A DNA stretch of 64,000 bases, taken from Hyphomicrobiales bacterium (GTDB lineage: Bacteria > Pseudomonadota > Alphaproteobacteria > Rhizobiales > Aestuariivirgaceae). Below, piece after piece: positions 9,891 through 19,422 of the stretch. The position numbers and the translations under genes were made by a program. Numbering within the stretch: position 1 is the first letter of the stretch; every line of letters starts with the position of its first letter. Below the pieces are notes generated by a model, which made no database searches, was not told the origin of the DNA, and saw nothing but the letters and a program-made list of their open reading frames with translations. The stretch lies in assembly GCA_043754325.1 (NCBI GenBank), contig JAYUVC010000184.1, positions 29,872 through 93,871 of the forward strand, written 5' to 3'.

Positions 9891-10752
9891 GCGGCAACTT
9901 TGGCATACCGCCGTTGATGGCACGCGGCTGTTTGCGCGTGAAGTGGGGCCGCTGGAAAATGGCCTGACGCCGCTGCTCTGCCTGCCCGGACTAACACGAA
10001 ATTCGCGGGATTTTGAACCCGTTTTCGAAAAGTTCGGGACATCGCGTCGCGTCATCGCCATGGATTTTCGCGGGCGTGGACAATCGGCGCATGCAATTGA
10101 TCCCATGACCTATCGTGTAGATATCGAGTTGCAGGATACGCTTTCGTTTCTCGACTCGCTGCGCATTGACCGCGTTGCCCTGCTTGGCACATCGCGCGGC
10201 GGTATTGTCGGACTGCTGATGGCAGCCTTGGCAAAACCGCGCCTTGCCGGACTGTGTTTGAATGATATTGGATGCAAACTGGAAGCGGATGGTCTGCTGC
10301 GCATTTTGGGCCATGTGGGGAAAGCAGGCAGCTATTCTTCGTGGGATGAGGTGGCCCTGCAATTCTCTCAATCGGCAATCGGGTTCAACGGAGTTTCACA
10401 TCAACGCTGGTTGCGTGTGGTGAAACGGATCTACCGGGAAGTTGAAACCGGTGTTGTGCAGAATTACGATCCGGCTTTGGCGCAAAGCATGCCATCGGTT
10501 CAAGATGTGATTGACGGCAAAGTGCCGGAATTGTGGGCGTTGCTGCCCGCATTGACGGATGTGCCCTTTGCCCTGTTGCGTGGTGAAGGTTCGGATTTGT
10601 TGTCGGCTGATACCGTTGCGCGCATGGCGGACATGGTGCTGGATTTGGTGACTACAACAGTCAGTGGCCGCGGGCACGTGCCGTTTCTGGATGAGCTGGA
10701 AAGTGTCCAGGCGATACAGCACTGGCTGGAACGGGTTGACCTTTTGAATTAA
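9883..10752 (+). CDS. Alpha/beta hydrolase
   Basis: LPGLTRN, GTSRGG nucleophile elbow, GHVPFL. Confidence 0.9.
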   Translation: MIERQLWHTAVDGTRLFAREVGPLENGLTPLLCLPGLTRNSRDFEPVFEKFGTSRRVIAMDFRGRGQSAHAIDPMTYRVDIELQDTLSFLDSLRIDRVALLGTSRGGIVGLLMAALAKPRLAGLCLNDIGCKLEADGLLRILGHVGKAGSYSSWDEVALQFSQSAIGFNGVSHQRWLRVVKRIYREVETGVVQNYDPALAQSMPSVQDVIDGKVPELWALLPALTDVPFALLRGEGSDLLSADTVARMADMVLDLVTTTVSGRGHVPFLDELESVQAIQHWLERVDLLN

Positions 10753-10818
10753 AGCGGTTGCCCTGCTCCATTCACACACCCCCTTGCCTTCCCATGCAGG
10801 GATTGGCAATGTTGGGAC

Positions 10819-11157
10819 ATGAACAGCTTGCGCACCGCCAAATTCGGAATCGGACAAATCGTCAAACACCGGATGTTTCAATTCCGTGGCGTGATTTTTG
10901 ATGTGGACCCCGAATTCAACAATACCGAGGAATGGTACAACGCCATTCCGCCTGAAGCGCGGCCGCGCAAGGACCAACCGTTTTATCATCTCCTCGCTGA
11001 AAATGAAGAGACGGAATATACGGCCTATGTGTCAGAGCAGAACCTGCTCATGGATGACCCCGCCGCGCCCGTCCGGCACCCGCAGGTGAAAGAGTATTTC
11101 GGCGCTTATGACCAGAAGCAGGGCCGCTATTTGCCGCTGGGTGGACGAACGCATTGA
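10819..11157 (+). CDS. hspQ: Heat shock protein HspQ
   Basis: KFGIGQIVKHR, GVIFDVDP, QPFYHLLAE, YVSEQNL. Confidence 0.93.
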   Translation: MNSLRTAKFGIGQIVKHRMFQFRGVIFDVDPEFNNTEEWYNAIPPEARPRKDQPFYHLLAENEETEYTAYVSEQNLLMDDPAAPVRHPQVKEYFGAYDQKQGRYLPLGGRTH

Positions 11158-11213
11158 AGTTGTGAGGACAGCCTGCGGTATGCGCGTGGTTGTTTGGGTT
11201 GGGAACAATGCAA

Positions 11214-11306
11214 CCTTCGAGGCTCGCAAGGGCTCGCACCTCAGGATGAGGGGGAGTGGTGAGTTCCCTCACCCTGAGGTGCCCGCCCTTTTGCGGGCCT
11301 CGAAGG
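11214..11306. repeat. Palindromic repeat, family C, copy 1
   Basis: CCTTCGAGGCTCGCAAGGGCTCGCACCTCAGG.TGAGG ... CCTCACCCTGAGGTGCCCGCC..TTGCGGGCCTCGAAGG; near-identical to 13200 and 24001. Confidence 0.9.
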
Positions 11307-11310
11307 GCCC

Positions 11311-13137
11311 TCACTCCACCGTCACTGACTTCGCCAAATTCCTGGGCTGATCCACATCTGTGCCGATGAAGCATGCGGCGTGATAGGCCAACAGCTGCAC
11401 GGGAATGGCGTAAATCAACGGACTGATGAACGCATGCGCCACAGGCACGCGGATGTGTTTGAAGGTTTTGTGGGCGTTGTCCTTGTGGGAATGGTCGTCG
11501 GTGATGAGGACGATTTTTCCACCACGTGCCGCCACTTCTTCCATGTTGGAAATGGTTTTTTCGTAGAGTTCATCGCGCGGTGCGATGACAATGACGGGGA
11601 CGTTTTCGTCAACAAGGGCGATGGGGCCGTGTTTCAATTCACCTGCGGCATAACCTTCAGCATGAATGTAGGAAATTTCCTTGAGCTTCAATGCGCCCTC
11701 AAGTGCAAGTGGATAGTTGATGCCGCGCCCCAGGAACAACACATCACGGGCCTTGGATATTTCCAATGCCACAGTTGCAATGTTTTTTTCCTCCTTCAGA
11801 ATTTCCGTCATGTGACGTGGCGCTTCGATGAGGGCTGTCACATATTCGCGTTCCTGTTCGGGCGACAGCGTGCCCCGGATTTTTCCGGCGAGAAGGGCAA
11901 GGCATGCAAGTGCCGCCAACTGGCAGGTGAAAGCCTTGGTGGAGGCCACCCCGATTTCGGGTCCGGCAAAGGTGCGGATGACCCATTCCGATTCGCGTGA
12001 AATTGTCGATTCCGGCACGTTGATAATTGCGATGGTGTGCTGGCCTTGGGACTTGCAGTAGCGAAGGGCTGCAAGCGTGTCTGCGGTTTCGCCGGATTGT
12101 GAAATCACGATTGCCACACCGTTCTTGCTCAAGGGGGCTTCGCGGTAGCGGAACTCGGAGGCGATATCGACTTCGGTGGGAAGACGCGCGACTTTTTCGA
12201 ACCAGTATTTCGCGGCGTGTCCTGCGTAGGATGCGGTGCCGCAGGCGGTGATGGTCAAGCGGTCCAGTTTGGCAAAATCAAACGGCATATTGGCTGGCAC
12301 CTTGATGGTACGGGTGGAAAAGTCGATATATTCAGCCAATGTGTGGCCTACGACTTCCGGTTGCTCTTCAATTTCCTTGGCCATGAAGTGGCGGTGGTTG
12401 CCCTTGTCCACCATCATGGACGAGGCTTGGCTGAAACTCATCGGGCGGGTGATAGGTTTATTGTCGGCATCGAAAATCTGGAAGGAATTGCGGGTGAGTG
12501 TTACCCAATCGCCGTCTTCAAGATAAGTCACCTTGTTGGTGAAGGGCGAAAGCGCAATGGCGTCAGAGCCCAGATACATTTGACCATCGCCATGACCGAT
12601 GGCAAGCGGCGGGCCATTGCGGGCACCCACCATCAGGTCATTTTCAGATTTGAACATGATGGCAAGGGCAAAGGCACCGCGCAGGCGGCCCAGAATGTTT
12701 TTCACGGCTTCGATGGGTGCAACGCCTTTGGCGCGTTCTTGCGCCAGCAAGTGCGCCACAACTTCAGTGTCGGTTTGCGTCAGGAATTTAACGCCCTTGG
12801 CTTCGAGTTCAATTTTGAGTTCGTAAAAATTTTCGATGATGCCGTTGTGAACGATGACCACGTCGCCGGAGATATGCGGGTGGGCATTGGTTTCATTGGG
12901 CACACCATGGGTGGCCCAGCGGGTGTGGCCAATGCCGGAGTGGCCCTGCAACGGGGAAGCATGCAACAGCGCTTCGAGATTGCGCAGTTTTCCGGGCGCA
13001 CGGCGGCGTGCGATTTCACCATTCTCGATGGTGGCAACGCCAGCCGAATCATAGCCGCGATATTCGAGGCGGCGCAGGGCTTCCACGATTGAAAGGGCGA
13101 CGGGCTCATTGCCCAGAATGCCGACGATGCCACACAT
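11311..13137 (-). CDS. glmS: Glutamine-fructose-6-phosphate transaminase (isomerizing)
   Basis: MCGIVG N-terminal Cys, GHTRWATHG, SQSGETADT, PRNLAKSVTVE. Confidence 0.99.
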   Translation of the reverse strand: MCGIVGILGNEPVALSIVEALRRLEYRGYDSAGVATIENGEIARRRAPGKLRNLEALLHASPLQGHSGIGHTRWATHGVPNETNAHPHISGDVVIVHNGIIENFYELKIELEAKGVKFLTQTDTEVVAHLLAQERAKGVAPIEAVKNILGRLRGAFALAIMFKSENDLMVGARNGPPLAIGHGDGQMYLGSDAIALSPFTNKVTYLEDGDWVTLTRNSFQIFDADNKPITRPMSFSQASSMMVDKGNHRHFMAKEIEEQPEVVGHTLAEYIDFSTRTIKVPANMPFDFAKLDRLTITACGTASYAGHAAKYWFEKVARLPTEVDIASEFRYREAPLSKNGVAIVISQSGETADTLAALRYCKSQGQHTIAIINVPESTISRESEWVIRTFAGPEIGVASTKAFTCQLAALACLALLAGKIRGTLSPEQEREYVTALIEAPRHMTEILKEEKNIATVALEISKARDVLFLGRGINYPLALEGALKLKEISYIHAEGYAAGELKHGPIALVDENVPVIVIAPRDELYEKTISNMEEVAARGGKIVLITDDHSHKDNAHKTFKHIRVPVAHAFISPLIYAIPVQLLAYHAACFIGTDVDQPRNLAKSVTVE

Positions 13138-13199
13138 GTGATGTTCTCCTGGAATAGATTCAGTTCATTGTATTATCGAAGTGACGGACTCACAGCGTA

Positions 13200-13292
13200 C
13201 CCTTCGAGGCTCGCAAGGGCTCGCACCTCAGGGTGAGGGTTTCCCCCGTCCCCTCACCCTGAGGTGCCCGCCTTCTTGCGGGCCTCGAAGGG
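13200..13292. repeat. Palindromic repeat, family C, copy 2
   Basis: Same arms and orientation as 11214, different central loop; lies between glmU and glmS. Confidence 0.9.
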
Positions 13293-13305
13293 CTGGTGGG
13301 AAGAG

Positions 13306-14655
13306 TCATTGCTTTCTCGCCTTCAGCGCTGCCTTCATAGCACGATAACGCTTGGCCCAGCCTTCCTTGATCGTGGATGGGGCGCGGGACATTGCGAGTG
13401 CATCTGCGGGCACATCTGCAGTGATCACACTGCCCGCTGCAATGTTGGCCCCTGCCCCGATTTTGACCGGTGCCACCAGCGCGGTGTTTGATCCTACGAA
13501 TACATTTTCACCGATGTCTGTCAGGTGCTTTTCATAGCCGTCGTAGTTACAGGTAATTGTGCCCGCACCAATGTTTGACCCGGCACCGATGATGGCGTCG
13601 CCGATGTAAGTCAAATGATTGGCTTTCGCACCCTTGCCAAGTTTGGCTTTTTTGATTTCGACGTAATTGCCGACATGGGCGTTTTCGCCGATGTCGGCAC
13701 CGGGGCGCAGACGGGCGAAAGGACCGATGCGTGCACCCTTGGCGACAATGGCGCCTTCGAGATGCGAGGACGCCAGAATTTCAACCTCGTCACCGATGGT
13801 GACGTTCGGGCCAAAGAAGACATTGGGTTCGATGATGACGTCTTTGCCGATTTTGGTGTCGGCGGAGAAATAAACTGTTTCCGGAGCCAGCAAGGTCGCA
13901 CCATCGAGCATGGCGCTCCGGCGCAGACGACGCTGGAATTCAGCTTCGATAATGGACAATTGCAAACGATCATTGACGCCGGCAACTTCGGCCTCATCGC
14001 ACAGCGACAGGGCACAGGGGTGTCCGGCCTTGGCCATCAGTTCCACCACGTCGGTCAGGTAATATTCACCTTGGGCGTTTGCCGGGGTAAGTTGTTTCAG
14101 GATTGGCCAGAGCTGTTTTGCCGCAATGGCAATGATGCCGGAATTGCAAAGCGTGATGCCGCGTTCGGCTTCGGTGGCGTCTTTCTGTTCGCGGATGGCG
14201 GTGACGGTGCCACCCTGCTTCAGCAGGCGACCATAACCAAATGGATTGGCCGCATTGAAGCCGAGCACAGCCATGGGATGTTCGGCATCCAGTGCAGCAA
14301 GCAGTGCCGTCAAGGTTTCGGGTTGGATCAGTGGCACGTCGCCGTACAAAATCAGAATTGTACCCTTGAAGGTCTTGAGCGCATCTTCTGCCATCATGAC
14401 CGCATGGCCGGTGCCTTTGCGTTCGGTTTGTTCCGCAAAAAGACAATCCGGCAAAACTCCGCAAGATGCAGTTTTGACATTGTCGTGGCCAGGGCCATGC
14501 ACAACCACGACTGTTGACGCGTCAATGTTTCTGGCAGCATGCAGCACATGACCCAGCAAACTGCGGCCTGCGGCTTTATGGAGCACCTTTGGCAGGGTCG
14601 ACTTCATGCGTGTGCCCATTCCCGCCGCCAACACAATAACCGCCAGTTCTGTCAT
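13306..14655 (-). CDS. glmU: Bifunctional UDP-GlcNAc pyrophosphorylase / GlcN-1-P acetyltransferase
   Basis: LAAGMGTRMKS, GTGHAV, hexapeptide repeats, NYDG. Start placed at MTELAV (14655). Confidence 0.98.
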   Translation of the reverse strand: MTELAVIVLAAGMGTRMKSTLPKVLHKAAGRSLLGHVLHAARNIDASTVVVVHGPGHDNVKTASCGVLPDCLFAEQTERKGTGHAVMMAEDALKTFKGTILILYGDVPLIQPETLTALLAALDAEHPMAVLGFNAANPFGYGRLLKQGGTVTAIREQKDATEAERGITLCNSGIIAIAAKQLWPILKQLTPANAQGEYYLTDVVELMAKAGHPCALSLCDEAEVAGVNDRLQLSIIEAEFQRRLRRSAMLDGATLLAPETVYFSADTKIGKDVIIEPNVFFGPNVTIGDEVEILASSHLEGAIVAKGARIGPFARLRPGADIGENAHVGNYVEIKKAKLGKGAKANHLTYIGDAIIGAGSNIGAGTITCNYDGYEKHLTDIGENVFVGSNTALVAPVKIGAGANIAAGSVITADVPADALAMSRAPSTIKEGWAKRYRAMKAALKARKQ

Positions 14656-14814
14656 GATGCCCTGAAAAATCGATTCCGTTTGTACGGCGCTGTTATCACT
14701 TTGCCGTGTTAAGGGGGTTAATTGCGGCAATTTGCAGTCGATTGAAAGTCTTGACCCCCGCAGCCGTCCCGCCTAAGAGGCTGCTTCCAACGGACTCATT
14801 TCAAGGTCCGGCGT

Positions 14815-14889
14815 GGGCCCATAGCTCAGCGGTAGAGCATCTGACTTTTAATCAGAGGGTCGTGGGTTCGAATCCCGCTGGGCTCACCA
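14815..14889 (+). tRNA. tRNA-Lys(UUU)
   Basis: Cloverleaf: acceptor GGGCCCA/TGGGCTC, anticodon stem TCTGA with loop CTTTTAA, T-arm GGTTCGAATCC, encoded CCA. Confidence 0.97.
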
Positions 14890-14894
14890 ATTTT

Positions 14895-16061
14895 TCAGGC
14901 TTCCAATGCCTTTGTCACAATCCGCGCGAAAAATTCTGTGCCCTTCTGCAGCAAGCCGTCATTGAAATCATAGCCCGGGTCATGCAGGCTTTTGCTGGGG
15001 CCGTTGCCGATGCCGAAGAAGCAACCGGGCACCTCTTGCAGCATAAAAGCGAAGTCTTCAGAGAACATGATAGGCCCGCGCAGGTCTATGTCTTCGGGTT
15101 TTTGGCCTGTTGCGATGGCAACGTCGCGGACCAGAGTGGTGGCAGTGCTGTCATTGATGCCGACGGGATAGACGATGCAATCGCCGTAGTCGAATTGTGC
15201 AGTGCAGCCATGGGCAGAAGCGGTGCCGTTGGTTATCTCGACGATGCGGGCCAGAAGCTTTTCACGCGATGCAGTGGCGGTGGTGCGGAGGCCGCATTTC
15301 AGTTCAACGGATTCTGGTATTGCGGTGGCGAGTTGGCCTGCATGGATGGAGCCTACCGTCAAGACAGCGGGATCAAGCGCGTCGTTGTTGCGGGAGATGG
15401 CAGTTTGCAGGGCCATGATGAGCGCGGCTGCAGCGACAATCGGGTCAGCTGCAAGGTGTGGCAGTGCGCCATGGCCTGCGATGCCCTTGACGGTAATGTT
15501 GATGATATCAACTGCGGCGGTGATCGCACCGGGGCGGAGGATGACCTGGCCCAGAGGCGTTCCCGGCATGTTGTGGAGCGCAAACACCTGGTCGACGGGA
15601 AAGCGCTTGAACAGGCCTTCGTCGATCATGCGGCGGGCCCCGCTGATATCTTCTTCGGCGGGCTGGAAAATCAGGTGAACGGTGCCGCTGAAGGCTTTGG
15701 TTTCGGCCAGGTAACGCGCAAGACCGAGCAGCATAGTGGTGTGGCCGTCGTGTCCACAAGCGTGCATCTTGCCATGAATGCGGGAGGCGTAAGGCAGCCC
15801 CGTGGTTTCTGAAATGGGCAATGCGTCCATGTCAGCGCGAACGGCGATGGCGCGGTTGCCCTGCCCTGCAGTGAGTGTTCCAACAACACCGGTGCCTGCA
15901 ATGCCGGTGGTGACGTTGAACCCCAGGCGGTTCAGTTCATGGGCGACGATGGCGGAGGTTCGGTGTTCTGCAAAGCAGAGTTCCGGGTTTTCATGCAGGT
16001 CATGGCGGATGGCGATGAGATAGTCCTGCATGCCAGCAACATGTCGAGAGATTGCGTCCAT
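14895..16061 (-). CDS. M20 amidohydrolase (hippurate hydrolase / aminoacylase-like)
   Basis: HENPEL, RADMDALP, MHACGHDGH, FQPAEE, SEDF. Confidence 0.93.
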   Translation of the reverse strand: MDAISRHVAGMQDYLIAIRHDLHENPELCFAEHRTSAIVAHELNRLGFNVTTGIAGTGVVGTLTAGQGNRAIAVRADMDALPISETTGLPYASRIHGKMHACGHDGHTTMLLGLARYLAETKAFSGTVHLIFQPAEEDISGARRMIDEGLFKRFPVDQVFALHNMPGTPLGQVILRPGAITAAVDIINITVKGIAGHGALPHLAADPIVAAAALIMALQTAISRNNDALDPAVLTVGSIHAGQLATAIPESVELKCGLRTTATASREKLLARIVEITNGTASAHGCTAQFDYGDCIVYPVGINDSTATTLVRDVAIATGQKPEDIDLRGPIMFSEDFAFMLQEVPGCFFGIGNGPSKSLHDPGYDFNDGLLQKGTEFFARIVTKALEA

Positions 16062-16750
16062 CAGCGTCGTACCGGAATCTGTTTTTCAAAATAAGCAAAG
16101 ATCCGAGTGATGATGAAGGTCAGAACCATGTAGACGACCATGACCATGATCAAGGGCGGATAGATGATGTAAGTTTCCTGTCTCACCTTGTCGGCGACGC
16201 TGAATACATCTGTTACTGTAACGAGGGCGGCAAGTGGTGTTGCTTTCAGGGTCAAAATGGTTTCGCCCCCAAGGGTTGGCAACGCGTTACGCAAAGCGCG
16301 CGGCAACCACACGCGGCGCAACACCTTAAATGGCGACATGCCATAGGCGCGTGCAGCTTCCAATTCTCCCTTCGGCACAGACAAAAATGCGCCGCGCAAG
16401 ACCTCGCCGAGATAGCCCGCTTCGTTCAGGGCGAAAGCCACGATCGCGTAGTAATAGCCTTCGCGCAAAATCGGCCAGAAAAAACTTTGTCGCAATTCGG
16501 GGTAGCTGGAAAACACGCTGCCGAGCCCATAGTAAAACAGGTAAAGTTGGATCAGCAGCGGTGTGCCGCGCATGAACGTGCAGTAGCCGCGTGCCAAGGT
16601 TGCCAACCATTTCGGACCTGTGACCTGCACAAGTGCCAAGGGTATGGCCAGCAACAACCCGAAGATCATAGTAAAGACGACCAGTTGAAGCGTTACAAAT
16701 ATTGCCTCCGGCAACATGGGCAGATATTTGGGGAGCCATGACCAATCCAT
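16061..16750 (-). CDS. Polar amino-acid ABC permease (HisM/OccM-like)
   Basis: RGTPLLIQL, EAA loop (GELEAARAYGMS). Start MDWSWL. Confidence 0.9.
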   Translation of the reverse strand: MDWSWLPKYLPMLPEAIFVTLQLVVFTMIFGLLLAIPLALVQVTGPKWLATLARGYCTFMRGTPLLIQLYLFYYGLGSVFSSYPELRQSFFWPILREGYYYAIVAFALNEAGYLGEVLRGAFLSVPKGELEAARAYGMSPFKVLRRVWLPRALRNALPTLGGETILTLKATPLAALVTVTDVFSVADKVRQETYIIYPPLIMVMVVYMVLTFIITRIFAYFEKQIPVRR

Positions 16751-16757
16751 GCTGCCC

Positions 16758-17468
16758 TCACGCCAGTTTCGGCTGGCCGCGACGAACATAGCGTTCCAGT
16801 CGCTGCAGAAACACATTGGAGACGAGTGTCATTGCCAGATAGATCAGCAATGAGACGAAATAGAACATGAAATAACGTTTGGTAAAGCTGGCGGCTGCTC
16901 TGGTGGTGCCACCCAATTCTGCGCTGGCACCTGTCACCATGATCAGTGATGTACTTTTGATGGCCTCCAGCCACAAATTGGAAAGCCCGGGAATGGCATT
17001 CGGCAGCATGACAGGAATCAGGATGCGGTTGAAGGTTTGGAACGTTGACATGCCGTAAGCTTTTGCAGCTTCTATCTGGCCGATTGGAATGGCTTCAATG
17101 GCACCACGCAGGATTTCCGTTGAATAGGCGCCTTGTACAAAACCGAGAACGAGAATAGCAGCGGCGGTGCCGTTGATGGTAACCGGTCCAAAGCCGATCA
17201 TCTCTCCAATCGCGCTGATGCCGCGCGTGCCAGCAAAGAAGAGAAAGAGGATCAAGACCAGATCCGGAACAGAACGGATAACGGTGGTGTAAATATTTGC
17301 AATGAGGCGTGTCACCGGACCGCCGTAAAGTTTTGCCATCGCACCGGCCAGTCCCAGCGCCAGCCCAATCAGGAAAGCAGCGACGGCAATATACAGTGTA
17401 ACCAACGCGCCGTGCAGAAGTTCATCGGCAAAACCAGTGCGACCGAATGTCAGGACTTCTGGGAACAT
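16758..17468 (-). CDS. Polar amino-acid ABC permease (HisQ/OccQ-like)
   Basis: RSVPDLV, GQIEAAKAYGM. Start MFPEVL (17468). Confidence 0.9.
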   Translation of the reverse strand: MFPEVLTFGRTGFADELLHGALVTLYIAVAAFLIGLALGLAGAMAKLYGGPVTRLIANIYTTVIRSVPDLVLILFLFFAGTRGISAIGEMIGFGPVTINGTAAAILVLGFVQGAYSTEILRGAIEAIPIGQIEAAKAYGMSTFQTFNRILIPVMLPNAIPGLSNLWLEAIKSTSLIMVTGASAELGGTTRAAASFTKRYFMFYFVSLLIYLAMTLVSNVFLQRLERYVRRGQPKLA

Positions 17469-17488
17469 GGCGGTTTTCTCGCTTGTGG

Positions 17489-17580
17489 AGAGAAAGGGAC
17501 CACATCCGCCCTTCGGGCACCTTCTCCAACGCCCCCTTGCGTTGGAGAAGGTGGCCAAAGGCCGGATGAGGACCCTCTCT
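17489..17580. repeat. Palindromic repeat, family A (CIR-like), collapsed single-hairpin form
   Basis: GGGACCACATCCGCCCTTCGGGCACCTTCTCC..GGAGAAGGTGGCCAAAGGCCGGATGAGGACCC, between the SBP gene and the permease. Confidence 0.85.
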
Positions 17581-17587
17581 CACGGTG

Positions 17588-18370
17588 TTACGGCTTCGGC
17601 AATGTCATCAAGCCTGTCAGCTTGTGCTTTGCAGCCAAGGCTTCGAAGGTTCCGTTCGCGGCCAGCACTTTGATGGCGGCGTTCAACTTGTCGCGCAGGG
17701 CCGTGTCTTCCTTCCGGAGACCCACACCAACGCCGGGGCCGAGGATTGCGAGATCGATTGGCACAGCGCCATAGGACTCGCAACAAGCGCCCTCTGGTGT
17801 GGCCATCCATGCACCCAGCACAACGCCGTCGGCCTGAACGTAGTCAACACGTCCGGCGGCAAGGTCAGCGTTGGCTTCGTCCTGGCCCTTGTAGGCTTTG
17901 GCTGTGGCACCGGCTGGCACGAAGTATTTTTCAGCATAGTTGGCATGGGTCGTTGCAGCCTGCACACCGATGGTTTTGCCCTTCAAGGCTTCCGGGGTGA
18001 TGTTCTTGTCGCCGCCTTTTGGCCCGATGATGATGGAGGCTGTGTTGTAATACATGTCGGAGAAGTTGATCTGCTTCTTACGCTCGTCGTTGATCGACAT
18101 GGATCCGAAAATGCCGTCCATCTTTTTTTCGAGAAGGGCTGGAATGATGCCGTCCCAGGCAATGGGGATCAGTGTGCATTTTTCCTTGATCTCGGCGCAC
18201 ATGGCTTGCAGCAATTCATACTCCCAGCCTTCCCATTCGCCAGCCGCATTTTGCGATGTGAAGGGAGGATAGGGTGCAGCGTCCGTGGCGAATACCAGAT
18301 CGGCCTTGGCGGTAGAAGTGACAGCGGCCAGTGTGGCGGCGGCGAGCAGCAGTGACCTGAATTTGTTCAT
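17588..18370 (-). CDS. Amino-acid ABC substrate-binding protein (family 3, Lys/Arg/Orn/opine-like)
   Basis: Signal peptide, YPPF, WDGIIPAL, ERKKQINFS, DLAAGRVD. Confidence 0.92.
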   Translation of the reverse strand: MNKFRSLLLAAATLAAVTSTAKADLVFATDAAPYPPFTSQNAAGEWEGWEYELLQAMCAEIKEKCTLIPIAWDGIIPALLEKKMDGIFGSMSINDERKKQINFSDMYYNTASIIIGPKGGDKNITPEALKGKTIGVQAATTHANYAEKYFVPAGATAKAYKGQDEANADLAAGRVDYVQADGVVLGAWMATPEGACCESYGAVPIDLAILGPGVGVGLRKEDTALRDKLNAAIKVLAANGTFEALAAKHKLTGLMTLPKP

Positions 18371-18418
18371 GTGCAGAAAACTCCCTGGTTACACATTTTC
18401 TTGTTGTCCGCCCCCGGC

Positions 18419-19216
18419 CTATTCAATACCGGATACGAATTGTTTGCAGCGCGCAGAATTTGGTGCGCCGAATACCTGTTTGGGCGGGCCTTCCTCCTCT
18501 ATCTGACCTTGATGCAGATAGATGACGTGGGACGAGACATCGCGGGCGAATTTCATTTCATGGGTGACGAGAATCATGGTGCGGCCTTCGTCGGCGAGGC
18601 TGCGGATGACTTTCAGCACTTCGCCCACCAGTTCGGGGTCGAGGGCTGAAGTCGGCTCGTCAAACAGCATGACCTTGGGTTCCATGGCCAACGCGCGGGC
18701 GATGGCGGCGCGTTGTTGCTGGCCACCGGACAAAAATGCGGGGTACTGGTCTTTCTTGTCGTAGAGGCCGACGCGGTGCAGCAGTTTTTCCGCGCGTTCA
18801 ACGGCTTGGGCTTTTGGGACTTTAAGGACGTGGATTGGCGCTTCGATAACGTTTTGCAGCACTGTCATGTGTTGCCACAGGTTGAAGCTTTGAAACACCA
18901 TGCCAAGCTGGGTGCGGATACGTTCGACCTGGCGGTTGTCGGTCGGCTGCATGTTGCCGTCACGCCCGGCTTTCAGTGAAATTTCCTCACCATTGACGAT
19001 GATTTGGCCACGGGTCGGCATTTCGAGAAAGTTGATGCAGCGCAAAAACGTGCTCTTGCCGGACCCCGACGCACCGATCATGGAAACCACGTCACCTTCG
19101 CGGGCAGTCAGTGACACGCCCTTCAAAACTTCCAGCGGTCCAAACGACTTGTACAAGTCGTTGACAACAACGGCTTTTGGCTTGTCAGTTCTCTGTCGTT
19201 GCGCTGTTTCGCTCAA
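18419..19216 (-). CDS. Amino-acid ABC ATP-binding protein (HisP-like)
   Basis: Walker A GASGSGKS, LSGGQQQR, LFDEPT. Confidence 0.95.
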   Translation of the reverse strand: MSETAQRQRTDKPKAVVVNDLYKSFGPLEVLKGVSLTAREGDVVSMIGASGSGKSTFLRCINFLEMPTRGQIIVNGEEISLKAGRDGNMQPTDNRQVERIRTQLGMVFQSFNLWQHMTVLQNVIEAPIHVLKVPKAQAVERAEKLLHRVGLYDKKDQYPAFLSGGQQQRAAIARALAMEPKVMLFDEPTSALDPELVGEVLKVIRSLADEGRTMILVTHEMKFARDVSSHVIYLHQGQIEEEGPPKQVFGAPNSARCKQFVSGIE

Positions 19217-19422
19217 CCCCTGCCCCCGGTAAATGTTTTTTCTTTTGAGCGTAGCAGCAATGCAAACGCAATAGCAATCGCGCCAGAACAGAAACTTCGG
19301 TGTTCCGCTTCTTTACCTTCCTGTGAAAAACAGCTTATCTTCTGATTCAATCATGGGGTTGCGGGTTGAGGCCATTGTCGGTCCGCTTGCATGAAAACAT
19401 GATGAGAACAGGGAGAATGAAG

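Noticed and set aside
12217-13092. Long antisense ORFs (also 13615-14517, 24509-25561, 31012-32220, 32446-33747)
   Set aside because: Shadow frames opposite well-conserved GC-rich genes (glmS, glmU, parE, mfd), with no recognisable motifs.
14709-14721. TTAA-N5-TTAA between glmU and tRNA-Lys
   Set aside because: The spacing is wrong for a CtrA box.
14706-15812. 368-aa plus-strand ORF spanning tRNA-Lys
   Set aside because: It overlaps the tRNA and lies antisense to the M20 amidohydrolase; not protein-like.
19261-19286. Sigma54-like TGGCGCG...TTGC upstream of the hisP-like gene
   Set aside because: GG-to-GC spacing does not fit the -24/-12 rule.
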